DNA from: Candidatus Methanophagaceae archaeon
GTDB taxonomy: Archaea > Halobacteriota > Syntropharchaeia > Alkanophagales > Methanospirareceae
Reading direction: 5' to 3'
DNA length: 64,000 nucleotides
NCBI GenBank assembly: GCA_003194425.1
Contig: PQXB01000001.1
Span: forward strand, 199,265 to 263,264
Position 1 is the first letter of the stretch, and each line of letters starts with the position of its first letter. The notes beneath the pieces are model-generated. The model was not told the origin of the DNA. It worked only from the letters and a program-made list of their open reading frames with translations, and made no database searches. This document shows positions 1 through 10,023 of the stretch, in pieces. A program made the position numbers and the translations under genes.

Positions 1-197
1 TCAAGATTTCTTACCAACACCTCCGTCATAGTAGGGTCAACCGTGTCAATCAAAGCCGTCTTTTCGCTTCCTTTCACCAAATAAGCGTTGTAACTCGTTC
101 CGTCGGGTAGCGGAATTAGTTCGTCAAATAACCTCCTGTCCCAGTCAACTGCGCCCACCGAATAAATGCTCGGTTTCAGTTCTCTTTGAAAACTCAT
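1..197 (-). CDS. Flavo-diiron protein (FprA / rubredoxin:oxygen oxidoreductase), N-terminal part only. The gene continues past the window start.
   Basis: The reverse complement of 1-197 translates to [55 protein letters not shown]..., the typical FprA metallo-beta-lactamase-like N-terminus. Its start codon directly abuts the rubredoxin stop codon. Confidence 0.65.
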   Translation of the reverse strand, partial: MSFQRELKPSIYSVGAVDWDRRLFDELIPLPDGTSYNAYLVKGSEKTALIDTVDPTMTEVLVRNL

Positions 198-335
198 TTA
201 AACCTCCTCCTCAAACGCTTCTTTGCCTACACCGCAAGCGGGGCACACCCAGTCGTCAGGTAAATCTGCAAATGCCGTTCCGCTCTCTTCTTCGTCGTAA
301 ATATATTCACAGACGGTGCATTTCCATTTTGCCAT
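198..335 (-). CDS. Rubredoxin, 45 aa
   Basis: Hand translation gives [45 protein letters not shown], with the two CxxCG knuckles of rubredoxin. It is not in the ORF track because it is under 60 aa. Confidence 0.8.
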   Translation of the reverse strand: MAKWKCTVCEYIYDEEESGTAFADLPDDWVCPACGVGKEAFEEEV

Positions 336-373
336 TTTTCATTTCCCCCCTTTATTGCCTTCTCTTTATTTCT

Positions 374-817
374 TTATTTTATCCGCTCCGCAATTTTCTT
401 GCCGAACTCTCGGCATTCTTCCAAGCCCTTTTCTGTGGGTCTGCGTTTTATTCTCAGTCCCGGCTCTATCACTTCCATCCCAGCGAGGTTCTTCATCGTC
501 TCAGTCAGTATTTCAATGGATTCGCCGCTCCAGCCGTAAGATCCAAATGCCGCCCCTACTTTGCCTTTCAAGTCCGCTTTATCCATCTCAAAAAGGAAAG
601 TTTTCACCGCTGCGATTAGATTGCGAACATAAGTCGGAGAGCCGAGAACCACAGCGTCCTCTTCTTTGAGGTCGTCCGCATTTGCACGTGCTGCTTTTTT
701 CACTCCGACTTCAACACCCGCCTCTTTCAGTCCCGTCTCGATTGCTCTTGCCATCAATTCCGTATTCCCCGAGCGGGTTTCGTAAATTACCACTGCTTTT
801 GCCATTTTTTGCAGCAC
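374..817 (-). CDS. Short-chain flavodoxin
   Basis: N-terminal VVIYETRSGNTELMARAI matches the flavodoxin FMN-binding signature. The product is 147 aa. Confidence 0.7.
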   Translation of the reverse strand: MLQKMAKAVVIYETRSGNTELMARAIETGLKEAGVEVGVKKAARANADDLKEEDAVVLGSPTYVRNLIAAVKTFLFEMDKADLKGKVGAAFGSYGWSGESIEILTETMKNLAGMEVIEPGLRIKRRPTEKGLEECREFGKKIAERIK

Positions 818-843
818 CCATTTTAGTTTTCACTCTTTAGTTT

Positions 844-1095
844 TCACTCACCTACGAGTGGCATCTTACATTTGGGGCACTTCATCGAACGGCAGGGCAG
901 ACCACGCTTCTTCGGCGCCTCGTACCCGCACTGAGGGCAGACGCATTTCGTGGGCGCTCTTCCCATTCGCCCAAGACCTTGCCTGGGTCCTCCAACGCCT
1001 TGTCCCCTTCCTAAACCTCTTCCCTGCCCTCTCACGCCTTCCTGTCCTCCTTGTCCTTCTCCTCTCTCTCCACTTCTTCCTCTTCCAAATCCCAT
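844..1095 (-). CDS. Small zinc-ribbon protein. The G/R-rich N-terminus is probably not real, so the true start may be the internal Met at MGRAPTK.
   Basis: C-terminal CPQCGYEAPKKRGLPCRSMKCPKCK has two CxxC pairs. Confidence 0.35.
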   Translation of the reverse strand: MGFGRGRSGERGEGQGGQEGVRGQGRGLGRGQGVGGPRQGLGRMGRAPTKCVCPQCGYEAPKKRGLPCRSMKCPKCKMPLVGE

Positions 1096-1169
1096 TTTCG
1101 TTTTCTCCTTTTTTATTTACCCTTCTTCCTTTACTTCTTTTATCTTTCCTTATTTACTTCTTTTTCTCC

Positions 1170-1694
1170 TCAGCCACCGCGGGGTGCAGGAGGCGTAAAG
1201 ACCCGTGCCGCCAGCTCTTTGTCGAGCATTAGCAAGCCGTTTCCACCCCCCTCGCCCTCGCCAACGAGTTTCAATTTTGAAATTATTTCGTTGTCGTTGC
1301 CTTCCTCCTCGATCTGCTCGGTAACGAACCACTGCAGGAAAATGTTCGTGGCGTGGTCTTTCTCAGCGATCGCGAGGTCAACGAGCTCGTTAATGCTCCT
1401 CGTGATGAACCTCTCGTGCTCCAGCGTCTTCTCAAACATCTCCTGCGGCGACTCAAATTCCGTCGGCGGCTGCTCAATCGCCGCCAACTTTACCTGCCCG
1501 CCCTGGTCGTTAATGTAGTCGTAGATTTTCATCGCGTGCGTCTGCTCTTCCTGGTACTGCACCAAGAACCAGTTTGCGAACCCCTTCAGTCCGATCCGCG
1601 TGCTGTGCGCGGACATTGCCAAATACAAATACGCCGAGTACAACTCCTTGTTGAGTTGGCTGTTCAGCGCTTCCAGCATCTTTTCGCTCAACAT
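1170..1694 (-). CDS. Ferritin (non-heme, bacterial/archaeal type)
   Basis: LNSQLNKELYSAYLYLAMSAH...EEQTHAMKIYDYI has the ferritin-like diiron helices. A Gly-rich low-complexity tail follows. Confidence 0.75.
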   Translation of the reverse strand: MLSEKMLEALNSQLNKELYSAYLYLAMSAHSTRIGLKGFANWFLVQYQEEQTHAMKIYDYINDQGGQVKLAAIEQPPTEFESPQEMFEKTLEHERFITRSINELVDLAIAEKDHATNIFLQWFVTEQIEEEGNDNEIISKLKLVGEGEGGGNGLLMLDKELAARVFTPPAPRGG

Positions 1695-1719
1695 TTTATC
1701 TCCCTTTCTCTCCCTCTCC

Positions 1720-2415
1720 TTACTCTCCCTCCCCTTTCTCTCCCTCTAATTTTTTGTGGCAGAACCACCAGTCGAAGCACTCGTACTGCTTCACCCGTTC
1801 CTTCGCGGTCTGCTCGTCTAACGCCGGCGGAATTACAACTTCGCTGCCGATCAAGTCGTTCTTTGGCCAATTTGCAGGTGTTGCGACGCCGTTCTCGTCG
1901 ACGGTCTGAAGCCCTCGGACCATTCGCAGTATTTCGTCAATGTTCCTGCCAAGTTCCTGCGGGTAGTAAATCATCGCTCTCAGGATTCCCCGCGGGTCAA
2001 CCGCAAAAACCGCCCGAACCGTGTTCGTGCCTTTGTTTGGGTGAATGAGTCCCAGCAGCTTTGCAACCCGACCGGTGTCGTCTGCGATTATCGGAAACTT
2101 TATCTCCACGCCCAGGCTCTCTTTTATCCACTCCACCCATTTTATGTGGCTAAACACTTGATCAATGCTCAAACCCACAAGCTCGCAGCCAAGTTTCTCA
2201 AACTCCTCGAACCGGTTTTGAAACGCCACGAACTCGGTCGTGCAGACCGGTGTAAAGTCCCCTGGATGGCTGAACAGGACGAACCACTTGCCCTTAGCCT
2301 TAAACTCTTCTGGCAGCCTCTTCCTTCCGTGAGTCGTCTGCACTTCAATCTCCGGGAATTCCTCCCCAATCAACGGCATTCTCCCCTCCCCTTCTTCTTC
2401 CATTTTCCGTCTCAT
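1720..2415 (-). CDS. Peroxiredoxin (thiol peroxidase). The real start is probably the internal Met at [13 protein letters not shown], near 2379.
   Basis: [18 protein letters not shown] is the peroxidatic-Cys motif. The C-terminus is Prx-like. Confidence 0.85.
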   Translation of the reverse strand: MRRKMEEEGEGRMPLIGEEFPEIEVQTTHGRKRLPEEFKAKGKWFVLFSHPGDFTPVCTTEFVAFQNRFEEFEKLGCELVGLSIDQVFSHIKWVEWIKESLGVEIKFPIIADDTGRVAKLLGLIHPNKGTNTVRAVFAVDPRGILRAMIYYPQELGRNIDEILRMVRGLQTVDENGVATPANWPKNDLIGSEVVIPPALDEQTAKERVKQYECFDWWFCHKKLEGEKGEGE

Positions 2416-2432
2416 TTTTTGCTCCTTCCTTT

Positions 2433-2789
2433 TTATTCAAGCTCTACACAATTTTCCCACAAACCGTGAACGTTGCAGTAAGCGAGCGCACAGAACGCTT
2501 TAAACTCTGCCACGGGGACTTGAAACCTCGCGTTTGGGTTGGTGTAACCCGCACCGAATACGGCTCGCCCGAGAGAGACCACCTGCTCCTCTACCTCTTT
2601 CTTAACGCCGAAGAGTTCTACCCAAGCGATGTGGTGCTCTGCGGTGTTGGGGTGCGGCACCTCCTTGCCCACAACCACTCGCACAACTTCCACACCTTCT
2701 CTCCCTCTCCCCTTTCCTACTTCAATCTGCGGGACGTGCTTCTCCTTACCCTCCGCTTCTACACCCTTCAACAAATCTCCAAAATTCAT
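2433..2789 (-). CDS. Superoxide reductase (neelaredoxin/desulfoferrodoxin class)
   Basis: EKHVPQIEV...H...C..H is the typical SOR centre II ligand pattern. The product is 118 aa. Confidence 0.75.
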   Translation of the reverse strand: MNFGDLLKGVEAEGKEKHVPQIEVGKGRGREGVEVVRVVVGKEVPHPNTAEHHIAWVELFGVKKEVEEQVVSLGRAVFGAGYTNPNARFQVPVAEFKAFCALAYCNVHGLWENCVELE

Positions 2790-3245
2790 TCTCTCACTTC
2801 CTCCTCTTTTTTACCCTTTTACTCAACATCCTCTCTCCCCTTCAAAATCCTTCCACCCTTCATTCTCCTTTCAGGATTAATTATTTTTTTCTTTGTTTGG
2901 ATTTTATTCTTTGTTTGGATTGTTGAATAAAATAAAACAAGTGATTTTATGATAAAAAGAGATAGGAAGGGAAGGATTATAAAGGAAGGCATGGTCAAGA
3001 GGTTCGTGAAGTTTTTTTTGATTTTTGTCTACAGAGATTAGAAATGAGGTGGGTTGCAGAGTCCACGGTGAGTTTGTGAGAGCAACCAATTGTGAGAACA
3101 ACTAAGTTTGAGAATATTGTTAAAGAAGTTGTGCTGAACTGCCTTGTTCAGATTTTGATTGATTATAAAACTATGCTGAGTTGTTAATTATTAGACAAAC
3201 CAATTCAATTAAAAAAACAAACCAAAGGAAGGAGAAATAAAAAAA

Positions 3246-4055
3246 ATGTTTGAAGCCAAGATAGATTTGGGCGTGCTGCGGGGCTGCATAGAAGCGATTA
3301 CAGCAGTAGCGGACGAGGGACGGTTGAGAATAACGGAGGACGGGTTGAAACTGCGGTCGGTGGATCCTGCGAATGTGGCGATGGTCTCGTTTGAGCTGCA
3401 GAGCGACGCTTTTGACGATTTTTCGCTTGAGCTTGCAGGTGCGGTGGAGACAGAGAAAGAGGGGAAGGGAGAAGAAGGAAAAGAGACGAGCATCGGAATG
3501 GATTTTGTGAAGTTGCTTGGGATTCTTGGAATAGGCGGCAGAGGAGGGGAGGAGATTGAGTTGAAATTGGACGAGAAGGGGCAGAAACTGTTCACGAGGA
3601 TGGGCAGTCTCGCCTACACGATTTCGTTGCTCGCTTCTGATTCGCTGCGTAAGGACCCGAAGGTGCCGGAGCTTGAGTTTCCAGCGCAGGTAATTCTGGA
3701 GATTGAGGATTTTAAGCGGGGGATTCGTGCTGCCGAGAAAATCGCCGAGAATATCGTTCTTGGAGTGGACGGCGAGAGCGAGGAGTTTTTTATGGAGGCG
3801 GAAGGCGAGATGGACAAACTGCGGCTGGGCTTGAGGAAGGAGCAGTTAATTTATTTAACGCCGCCCGCGGAGAAGGTTCGTTCGTTGTACTCGCTGGACT
3901 ACCTCTCGGCGATGAGCAGGGGGATTTCTGCCTGCCACGCGGAGCAATTAACACTCAATCTGGGCAAGGACTACCCGCTGCAGATTGATTTTGAGGTGGC
4001 AGACGGCAGGGGAAAGGTCAGTTACTTGGTGGCGCCGAGAATAGAGTCGGAATAG
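3246..4055 (+). CDS. pcn: DNA polymerase sliding clamp PCNA
   Basis: MFEAKIDLGVLRGCIEAITAVADEGRLRITEDGLKLRSVDPANVAMVSFEL is a PCNA N-terminus. An internal Gly/Glu-rich insertion is present. An AT-rich promoter region with a TATA-like box and an RBS lies upstream. Confidence 0.8.
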   Translation: MFEAKIDLGVLRGCIEAITAVADEGRLRITEDGLKLRSVDPANVAMVSFELQSDAFDDFSLELAGAVETEKEGKGEEGKETSIGMDFVKLLGILGIGGRGGEEIELKLDEKGQKLFTRMGSLAYTISLLASDSLRKDPKVPELEFPAQVILEIEDFKRGIRAAEKIAENIVLGVDGESEEFFMEAEGEMDKLRLGLRKEQLIYLTPPAEKVRSLYSLDYLSAMSRGISACHAEQLTLNLGKDYPLQIDFEVADGRGKVSYLVAPRIESE

Positions 4056-4065
4056 TTTAGTCAGG

Positions 4066-5814
4066 TTGGTAAGGGCGGGACAAATGTTGGTCCGTAACTG
4101 CGACTACCGAGTGGCGTTGGCGCAGATAAACGCGACCGTAGGGGATGTAGAAGGCAACGCCGAGAAGGTGATTGGGTGCGTCAAGAAAGCGAAGTGGGCG
4201 GGGGCGGATTTGGTGGTCTTCCCTGAATTGACGACCACAGGCTACCCACCGAAAGACCTCCTGCTAAAACCCTCTTTCATTTCCGCGAACAAGGAAGGTC
4301 TAAAAAAAATCGTGCGTGCAACGAGCGGGAGCGGAATTGCGGTTGTCGTCGGCTTTGTTGACGGGGTTGCTGACGCTGACCTTGACGCTGACCAAGGGGA
4401 GAACTACAACGCAGCCGCTCTTATTCGGAACGGGCGAGTGGTGGGCGTGCAACGTAAGACGCACCTGCCGAACTACGATGTCTTTGACGAGAAAAGATAT
4501 TTCAAGCCCGCAACAGCAACAGAGACGAGCGTCTTTGAACTGGAGGGGGAGGAGGGAGGAAGGGAGGGGCTCAGGGAGGGGCTCAGGGAGGGGCTCAAGC
4601 TGGGAATAAACATCTGCGAGGACATTTGGGCGGGGAACGGCCCCACGACAGCACAAGCGAGGCTCGGGGCTGACCTCGTCGTAAACCTCTCAGCGTCACC
4701 GTTTTACGCAGGCAAAAGCAGGACGAGGCGGGAACTAATTTCGAAAAGAGCACGGGAGAACAGGATTCCAATCGCGTGTGTCAATTTAGTCGGCGGTCAG
4801 GACGACCTTGTCTTTGACGGCGGGAGTTGCGTCTTTAACGCAGCGGGCTCTCTAATCGCAGAGTGCAGGCAGTTTGAGGAAGATCTCGTGGTCGCAAATT
4901 TGGAGGGGGGAGGAAAAATAAAAATTCCAGAGAAGGAAGACCCGGTTAGAGAGATTTTCGGTGCTTTGGTGTTAGGAATTCGGGACTACGTGCGAAAGAA
5001 CGGGTTTGAGAAGGTCGTCGTTGGGCTGAGCGGCGGCGTGGACTCGGCGCTCTGTGCTGCTCTGGCAGTAGAGGCGTTGGGTGCGGAAAATGTCGTCGGC
5101 GTCTCGATGCCAAGTGCAGTCACCTCGCAAGCCAGCAAAGAAGACGCCGTGCGGCTGGCTGCGAACCTCGGAATAGAACTCAAGGTCGTTCCGATTGTTC
5201 CTGCGGTTGACGCTTACACTGAAATGCTCTCTGCGGAATTCAGCCGAGAGCCAGAGACAGAGCCAGAGACAGAGCCAGAGACAGAGCCAGAGTCAGAGCC
5301 AGACGCGACAGAAGAGAACATTCAGGCGCGGATTCGCGGGAATGTCTTGATGGCACTCTCAAACAAGTTCGGCTACCTCGTGCTCTCAACAGGGAACAAG
5401 TCCGAGTTGGCGGTCGGCTACTGCACTCTGTACGGCGACCTGGCGGGCGGGCTGGCGGTGCTCTCGGATGTCTCGAAGACGACCGTCTACAAACTCGCAA
5501 AATACACTAAAGTCATTCCAGAGGAGATTTTAATAAAACCGCCTTCTGCAGAGCTGCGGGCGGGGCAGAAGGACACGGACTCGCTCCCGCCTTACGAGGT
5601 GCTTGACCCGATTTTGCAGGCTTACATCGAGGAGAACAAGAGCAGAGAGGAAATAATTGCGCGGGGTTTTGACGCAAGCGTGGTGAGCGAAGTCGCCTGG
5701 AAGGTGGACCGCAACGAGTACAAGCGGCAGCAAGCCCCGGTGGGCATAAAAATAACGTCAAAAGCTTTTGGCTCTGGCAGGCGAATGCCGATTACAAACC
5801 GATACAACGACTGA
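4066..5814 (+). CDS. nadE: Glutamine-dependent NAD+ synthetase (N-terminal CN-hydrolase domain plus C-terminal NAD synthase domain)
   Basis: VVFPELTTTGYPPKDLL is nitrilase-like. GLSGGVDSALCAALAVEALG is the PP-loop SGGxDS motif. It carries a perfect 12-bp x4 in-frame repeat encoding EPETEPETEPETEP. Confidence 0.85.
   Translation: MVRAGQMLVRNCDYRVALAQINATVGDVEGNAEKVIGCVKKAKWAGADLVVFPELTTTGYPPKDLLLKPSFISANKEGLKKIVRATSGSGIAVVVGFVDGVADADLDADQGENYNAAALIRNGRVVGVQRKTHLPNYDVFDEKRYFKPATATETSVFELEGEEGGREGLREGLREGLKLGINICEDIWAGNGPTTAQARLGADLVVNLSASPFYAGKSRTRRELISKRARENRIPIACVNLVGGQDDLVFDGGSCVFNAAGSLIAECRQFEEDLVVANLEGGGKIKIPEKEDPVREIFGALVLGIRDYVRKNGFEKVVVGLSGGVDSALCAALAVEALGAENVVGVSMPSAVTSQASKEDAVRLAANLGIELKVVPIVPAVDAYTEMLSAEFSREPETEPETEPETEPESEPDATEENIQARIRGNVLMALSNKFGYLVLSTGNKSELAVGYCTLYGDLAGGLAVLSDVSKTTVYKLAKYTKVIPEEILIKPPSAELRAGQKDTDSLPPYEVLDPILQAYIEENKSREEIIARGFDASVVSEVAWKVDRNEYKRQQAPVGIKITSKAFGSGRRMPITNRYND
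5247..5303. repeat. Perfect in-frame tandem repeat, 12-bp unit GAGCCAGAGACA about four to five copies, inside nadE
   Basis: Direct reading of the sequence. It encodes (EPET)n. Confidence 0.9.
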
Positions 5815-5904
5815 AACATTTTTCATATTTTTTATGAATTTAGAAATAAAATATAGAAAGGATTGTTTTAATTTAACAGCAAGTAGGTAGAGGTAGCAAA
5901 ATCA

Positions 5905-7275
5905 ATGCGAGGAACGAAAATGCAACGACAAAAAACAAGGACGAAGGAAGCAGTGTTTGAAGCGGTGGAGAAGCAAAATGTGAGGTTCATTCGGCTGTGG
6001 TTCACGGACATTTTGGGGCAGTTGAAGAGTTTTGCAATCACGCCGAAGGAGTTGGAGGGTGCGTTTGACGAAGGGATGGGTTTTGACGGGTCTTCGATAA
6101 AGGGGTTTGCGAGGATTGACGAGAGCGACATGCTTGCGAGACCCGACCCTGCGACTTTCCGGATTGTGCCGTGGCGACCGAAGGAGATCGCGGTTGCGAG
6201 GATGTTCTGCGATATTTTACAGCCCGACGGCAGTCCTTACGAGGGCGACCCGCGGTTCGTGCTGAAGCGAAATTTGGAGCGGTTGCGAGAGGGAGGCTAC
6301 TCTTTTTTTGTCGGTCCGGAGCTGGAGTATTTTTACCTGCGGGACAACAAGAGCAAGAACCCGGAGGGGTTGGACGAGGGTGGGTATTTTGATTTAACGA
6401 CGCTGGACGCGGGGAGCGACTTGCGGCGGGACACGATTCTGACGCTCGAGGAGTTGGGAATTGATGTGGAGTACAGCCACCACGAGGTCGCACCGTCGCA
6501 GCACGAGATTGACCTTCGCTACAAGGACGCGCTGACGATGGCGGACCAGGTGATGACTTATCGGATTGTAGTGAAGGAGATTGCGCAGCGGCACGGCTGC
6601 TACGCCACTTTTATGCCGAAGCCGATTTTCGGCGTGAACGGCTCGGGAATGCACGTGCATCAGTCGTTGTTCAAGGGCGAGAAGAACGCGTTCTTCGACT
6701 TGGACGCGGAGTACCAACTCTCAGAGCTGGGCAGGGGCTACATCGCGGGACTGCTTCGGCACGCACCCGAAATCACTTCGGTCACTAACCAGTGGGTGAA
6801 TTCGTACAAAAGGCTGGTTGCGGGCTACGAGGCGCCGGTCTACATTTTGTGGGGGCGGCGTAACCGCTCTACGCTCGTCCGCGTGCCGATGTACAAGCCG
6901 GGGAAGGAGAAAGCGACACGAGTGGAATACCGCAGCCCTGACCCTGCGTGCAACCCGTACTTAGCGTTCTCGGTGATGCTCGCTGCGGGGCTGGCGGGGG
7001 TGAAGAACAAGGAGAAGGACGAGTACGAATTGCCGCCGCCGACCGAGAAGGATGTTTATTTGATGACTGGGTCGGAGAAGGAGCGGGAGGGGATAAAATC
7101 GCTGCCTGGGAGTTTGATTGAGGCGGTTGCACTGACCGAGGAGAGTGAGCTGGTGCGGGAGGCTCTCGGAGAGCACGTCTTCGAGAATTTCATCACCTCA
7201 AAGAAAGTCGAGTGGGACAGGTACCGCGTCGCTGTGACGGAGTGGGAGTTGAAGGAGTATTTGGGGGTGCTGTGA
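5905..7275 (+). CDS. glnA: Glutamine synthetase type I
   Basis: RFIRLWFTDILGQLKSFAI, the GS beta-grasp, and the catalytic signatures NGSGMHVHQS and KPIFGVNGSGMH. Confidence 0.9.
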   Translation: MRGTKMQRQKTRTKEAVFEAVEKQNVRFIRLWFTDILGQLKSFAITPKELEGAFDEGMGFDGSSIKGFARIDESDMLARPDPATFRIVPWRPKEIAVARMFCDILQPDGSPYEGDPRFVLKRNLERLREGGYSFFVGPELEYFYLRDNKSKNPEGLDEGGYFDLTTLDAGSDLRRDTILTLEELGIDVEYSHHEVAPSQHEIDLRYKDALTMADQVMTYRIVVKEIAQRHGCYATFMPKPIFGVNGSGMHVHQSLFKGEKNAFFDLDAEYQLSELGRGYIAGLLRHAPEITSVTNQWVNSYKRLVAGYEAPVYILWGRRNRSTLVRVPMYKPGKEKATRVEYRSPDPACNPYLAFSVMLAAGLAGVKNKEKDEYELPPPTEKDVYLMTGSEKEREGIKSLPGSLIEAVALTEESELVREALGEHVFENFITSKKVEWDRYRVAVTEWELKEYLGVL

Positions 7276-7598
7276 AATAATTTAATAGATGGTTTTGTGT
7301 TTACCTCCTTTTTAACGAGGTGGAGAAAAAAGCTTGAAAGGAGGAGAAAGATATGGCGGCGGTGCGGTAGAGGAGGTGGTAGAGGAGGTGAAAAATATAT
7401 TAACTCTTGTGCCAGAGTTGTTGGAGGTTCCACATTCAATGGACCTCCTACAAATGAATGACAAAATGAATGACAGAGACAAAATCGAACGGGGATTATC
7501 GCGGAAAGATTGAAAGTTGGAGTACGGGCACGGAGACAGAAGAACCGAACGAAGAACCGAACGAAGAACCGAACGCAAGGAGGAGGTAGAGGAACTAA

Positions 7599-8921
7599 AT
7601 GTTTAGTTTTTATGGTTTTTATTTTTATAGTATTATTGCAATAATAAAAAAATCAAAAACAGAGGTAGAAGAAATGGTAAAAGAGAGCGCATTTAGAAAT
7701 GCACAAAGACAGTTGGATGAGTGTGCAAAGATACTCAAGTTATATCCCAATGCACACGCGATCCTGCGAATGCCGTTGCGTGAACTGCACGTATCATTGC
7801 CCGTTCGTATGGATGATGGCTCTATAAGAGTATTTCAGGGATTTCGGGTGCAGTACAACGATGCACGGGGTCCAACAAAAGGGGGAATTCGATTTCACCC
7901 TGACGAAACGATTGATACGGTGCGAGCACTCGCAGCTTGGATGACCTGGAAGTGTGCCCTCCTGGACTTGCCACTTGGCGGCGCAAAAGGCGGCGTTATC
8001 TGCAATCCCAAGGAAATGTCTCAAGGAGAGTTGGAGCGTTTAAGCAGGGTATATGTGCAAGCAGTATACCAGTTCGTTGGTCCAGATAAAGATGTCCCTG
8101 CCCCTGATGTCTATACAAATCCGCAGATTATGGTCTGGATGATGGACGAGTACTCAAAAATTGCAGGGAAGTGTCAATTTGGCGTTATTACCGGCAAACC
8201 ACTCTGTCTTGGTGGTTCTGCAGGGCGTGGAACCGCAACAGCCCAGGGAGGTTGGTACACTATTCGTGAAGCGGCAAAAGAATGCGGGATAGACCTTAAA
8301 AAAGCTACTGTTGCCATACAAGGTTACGGTAACGCTGGAGCCAATGCTGCATATATTGGTAAATCGCTATTCGACTCTAAAATAGTGGCTATTAGTGATA
8401 GTAAAGGAGGAATATACAATAAGGAGGGGCTTGATCCCGAGGCAGTTACAGAGTGCAAAGATAAGACGGGTTCGGTAATTAATTTGCCGGATGCGGAGCG
8501 TATATCTAACGAGGATCTTTTAGAACTTGATGTGGATATACTTATACCCGCAGCTTTAGAAAGCGTTATTACCGAGGAGAATGCTCCGAATATAAACGCT
8601 AAGATTGTCGCTGAGTTAGCCAACGGTCCAACGACACCCGAAGCGGACGAGATACTTTATAAAAATGGCGTCCACATAATCCCAGACTTTTTATGCAATG
8701 CAGGAGGCGTAACCGTTTCGTATGTAGAGATGGTGCAAAACTTTTATATGTACTACTGGGACGAAAAAGAAGTTCAAGAGCGTTTAGATAGCAAAATGAC
8801 CGCTGCATATCGCTCTGTATTAAACTGTTCCAAGAGCTATAAAATAAACATGCGCCAGGCAGCCTATGTGGTTGCTGTTGAACGAGTAGTTGAAGCAATG
8901 AAACTTCGTGGCTGGATTTAA
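7599..8921 (+). CDS. gdhA: Glutamate dehydrogenase. The true start is probably the Met at 7674 (MVKESAF...), because a TATA-like ttttatag at about 7625 lies inside the longer ORF.
   Basis: LPLGGAKGGVICNPKEMS is the GDH catalytic-lysine motif. GYGNAGANAA is the NAD(P)-binding motif. GC content and codon usage are markedly lower than in neighbouring genes. Confidence 0.9.
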   Translation: MFSFYGFYFYSIIAIIKKSKTEVEEMVKESAFRNAQRQLDECAKILKLYPNAHAILRMPLRELHVSLPVRMDDGSIRVFQGFRVQYNDARGPTKGGIRFHPDETIDTVRALAAWMTWKCALLDLPLGGAKGGVICNPKEMSQGELERLSRVYVQAVYQFVGPDKDVPAPDVYTNPQIMVWMMDEYSKIAGKCQFGVITGKPLCLGGSAGRGTATAQGGWYTIREAAKECGIDLKKATVAIQGYGNAGANAAYIGKSLFDSKIVAISDSKGGIYNKEGLDPEAVTECKDKTGSVINLPDAERISNEDLLELDVDILIPAALESVITEENAPNINAKIVAELANGPTTPEADEILYKNGVHIIPDFLCNAGGVTVSYVEMVQNFYMYYWDEKEVQERLDSKMTAAYRSVLNCSKSYKINMRQAAYVVAVERVVEAMKLRGWI

Positions 8922-9174
8922 TGTATCTCGACAGGCTTGCTCAAAATTGGAAACTGCATTGCAGGAGAGTGAGCAGGAAGGAGAGGGGACAGGAAGGAGA
9001 GTGAGCAGGAAGGAGAGTGAGCAGGAAGGAGAGTGAGCAGAGCAGGTGTAGGAGGTGCAGGAAACAGGAGTGCAGAAGCAGTTTGGCGAGACGGTGGGGA
9101 GATTTCCGTTACTGCACCGTCGTAAGTTTGATCAGTAGTATTTCTTATGTACGGATAAAGAGGAAATAAAGAAA

Positions 9175-9993
9175 ATGACGAAACGAATAATTCCCTGCCT
9201 TGACACGACATTTGACGAGCAGGGTAAAGCGGTTGTAGTGAAGGGCGTAGAATTTGAGCAGCTCAAGTACGCAGGAGACCCGGTTGAACTCGCAAAGCGG
9301 TACGACGAGCAGGGGGCGGACGAACTCGTTTTTCTCGACATTTCTGCCTCTTTAGAGCGGCGGGAGACGATGATTTCGGTCGTAGAGGAAATAGCCGAGC
9401 AGGTCTCTGTTCCTCTCTGCGTGGGGGGCGGGATAAAAAGCGTAGCGGATTTTGAGCGGGTCTTTGGCGCTGGTGCGGAGAAGGTGGGCGTAAACACCGC
9501 TGCGGTTAGGAATCCCGGTTTGGTAAAAGAAGCAGCAGAGAGGTTTGGTGGAGAACGCGTCGTGGCCGCAATTGACTGCAAGCGGAAGTTCGAGGGAGCA
9601 GAAGAAGAAGGGAAGACGCAGGTGCGGTTAGAAGACGGGACGAGTGCGTGGTACGAGGTGGTAATTTACGGGGGGCGTGAGAACACGGGAATTGACGCGG
9701 TAAAGTGGGCGGAGGAGGTGCAGGCGCTCGGGGCTGCCGAGATTTTGCTGACTTCAAAGGACAGGGACGGGACGACCGACGGGTACGACATTCCAATTAC
9801 AAGAGCAATTTCTGAGGCGGTGGAGATTCCTGTAATCGCTTCTGGAGGCGTTGGGACGGTAGAACACATTTACGAGGGGTTTGTCTGCGGTGCGGACGCC
9901 TGCCTGGCAGCGAGTATTTTTCACTACGAAAAGTACACGGTTGGCGAAATAAAGCGATATTTAAGGGAGAGGGGGATTTCTGTGCGGTTGTGA
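9175..9993 (+). CDS. hisF: Imidazole glycerol phosphate synthase cyclase subunit
   Basis: [27 protein letters not shown] and [11 protein letters not shown] are typical HisF, as is the C-terminal IASGGVG. It has an internal insertion. Confidence 0.9.
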   Translation: MTKRIIPCLDTTFDEQGKAVVVKGVEFEQLKYAGDPVELAKRYDEQGADELVFLDISASLERRETMISVVEEIAEQVSVPLCVGGGIKSVADFERVFGAGAEKVGVNTAAVRNPGLVKEAAERFGGERVVAAIDCKRKFEGAEEEGKTQVRLEDGTSAWYEVVIYGGRENTGIDAVKWAEEVQALGAAEILLTSKDRDGTTDGYDIPITRAISEAVEIPVIASGGVGTVEHIYEGFVCGADACLAASIFHYEKYTVGEIKRYLRERGISVRL

Positions 9994-10023
9994 TTTAATA
10001 AGGACTACGCAAAAGTTTATTCA

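Noticed and set aside
1353-2048. 231-aa plus-strand ORF
   Set aside because: It is antisense to the ferritin and peroxiredoxin genes. It is Arg/Leu-rich with no motifs.
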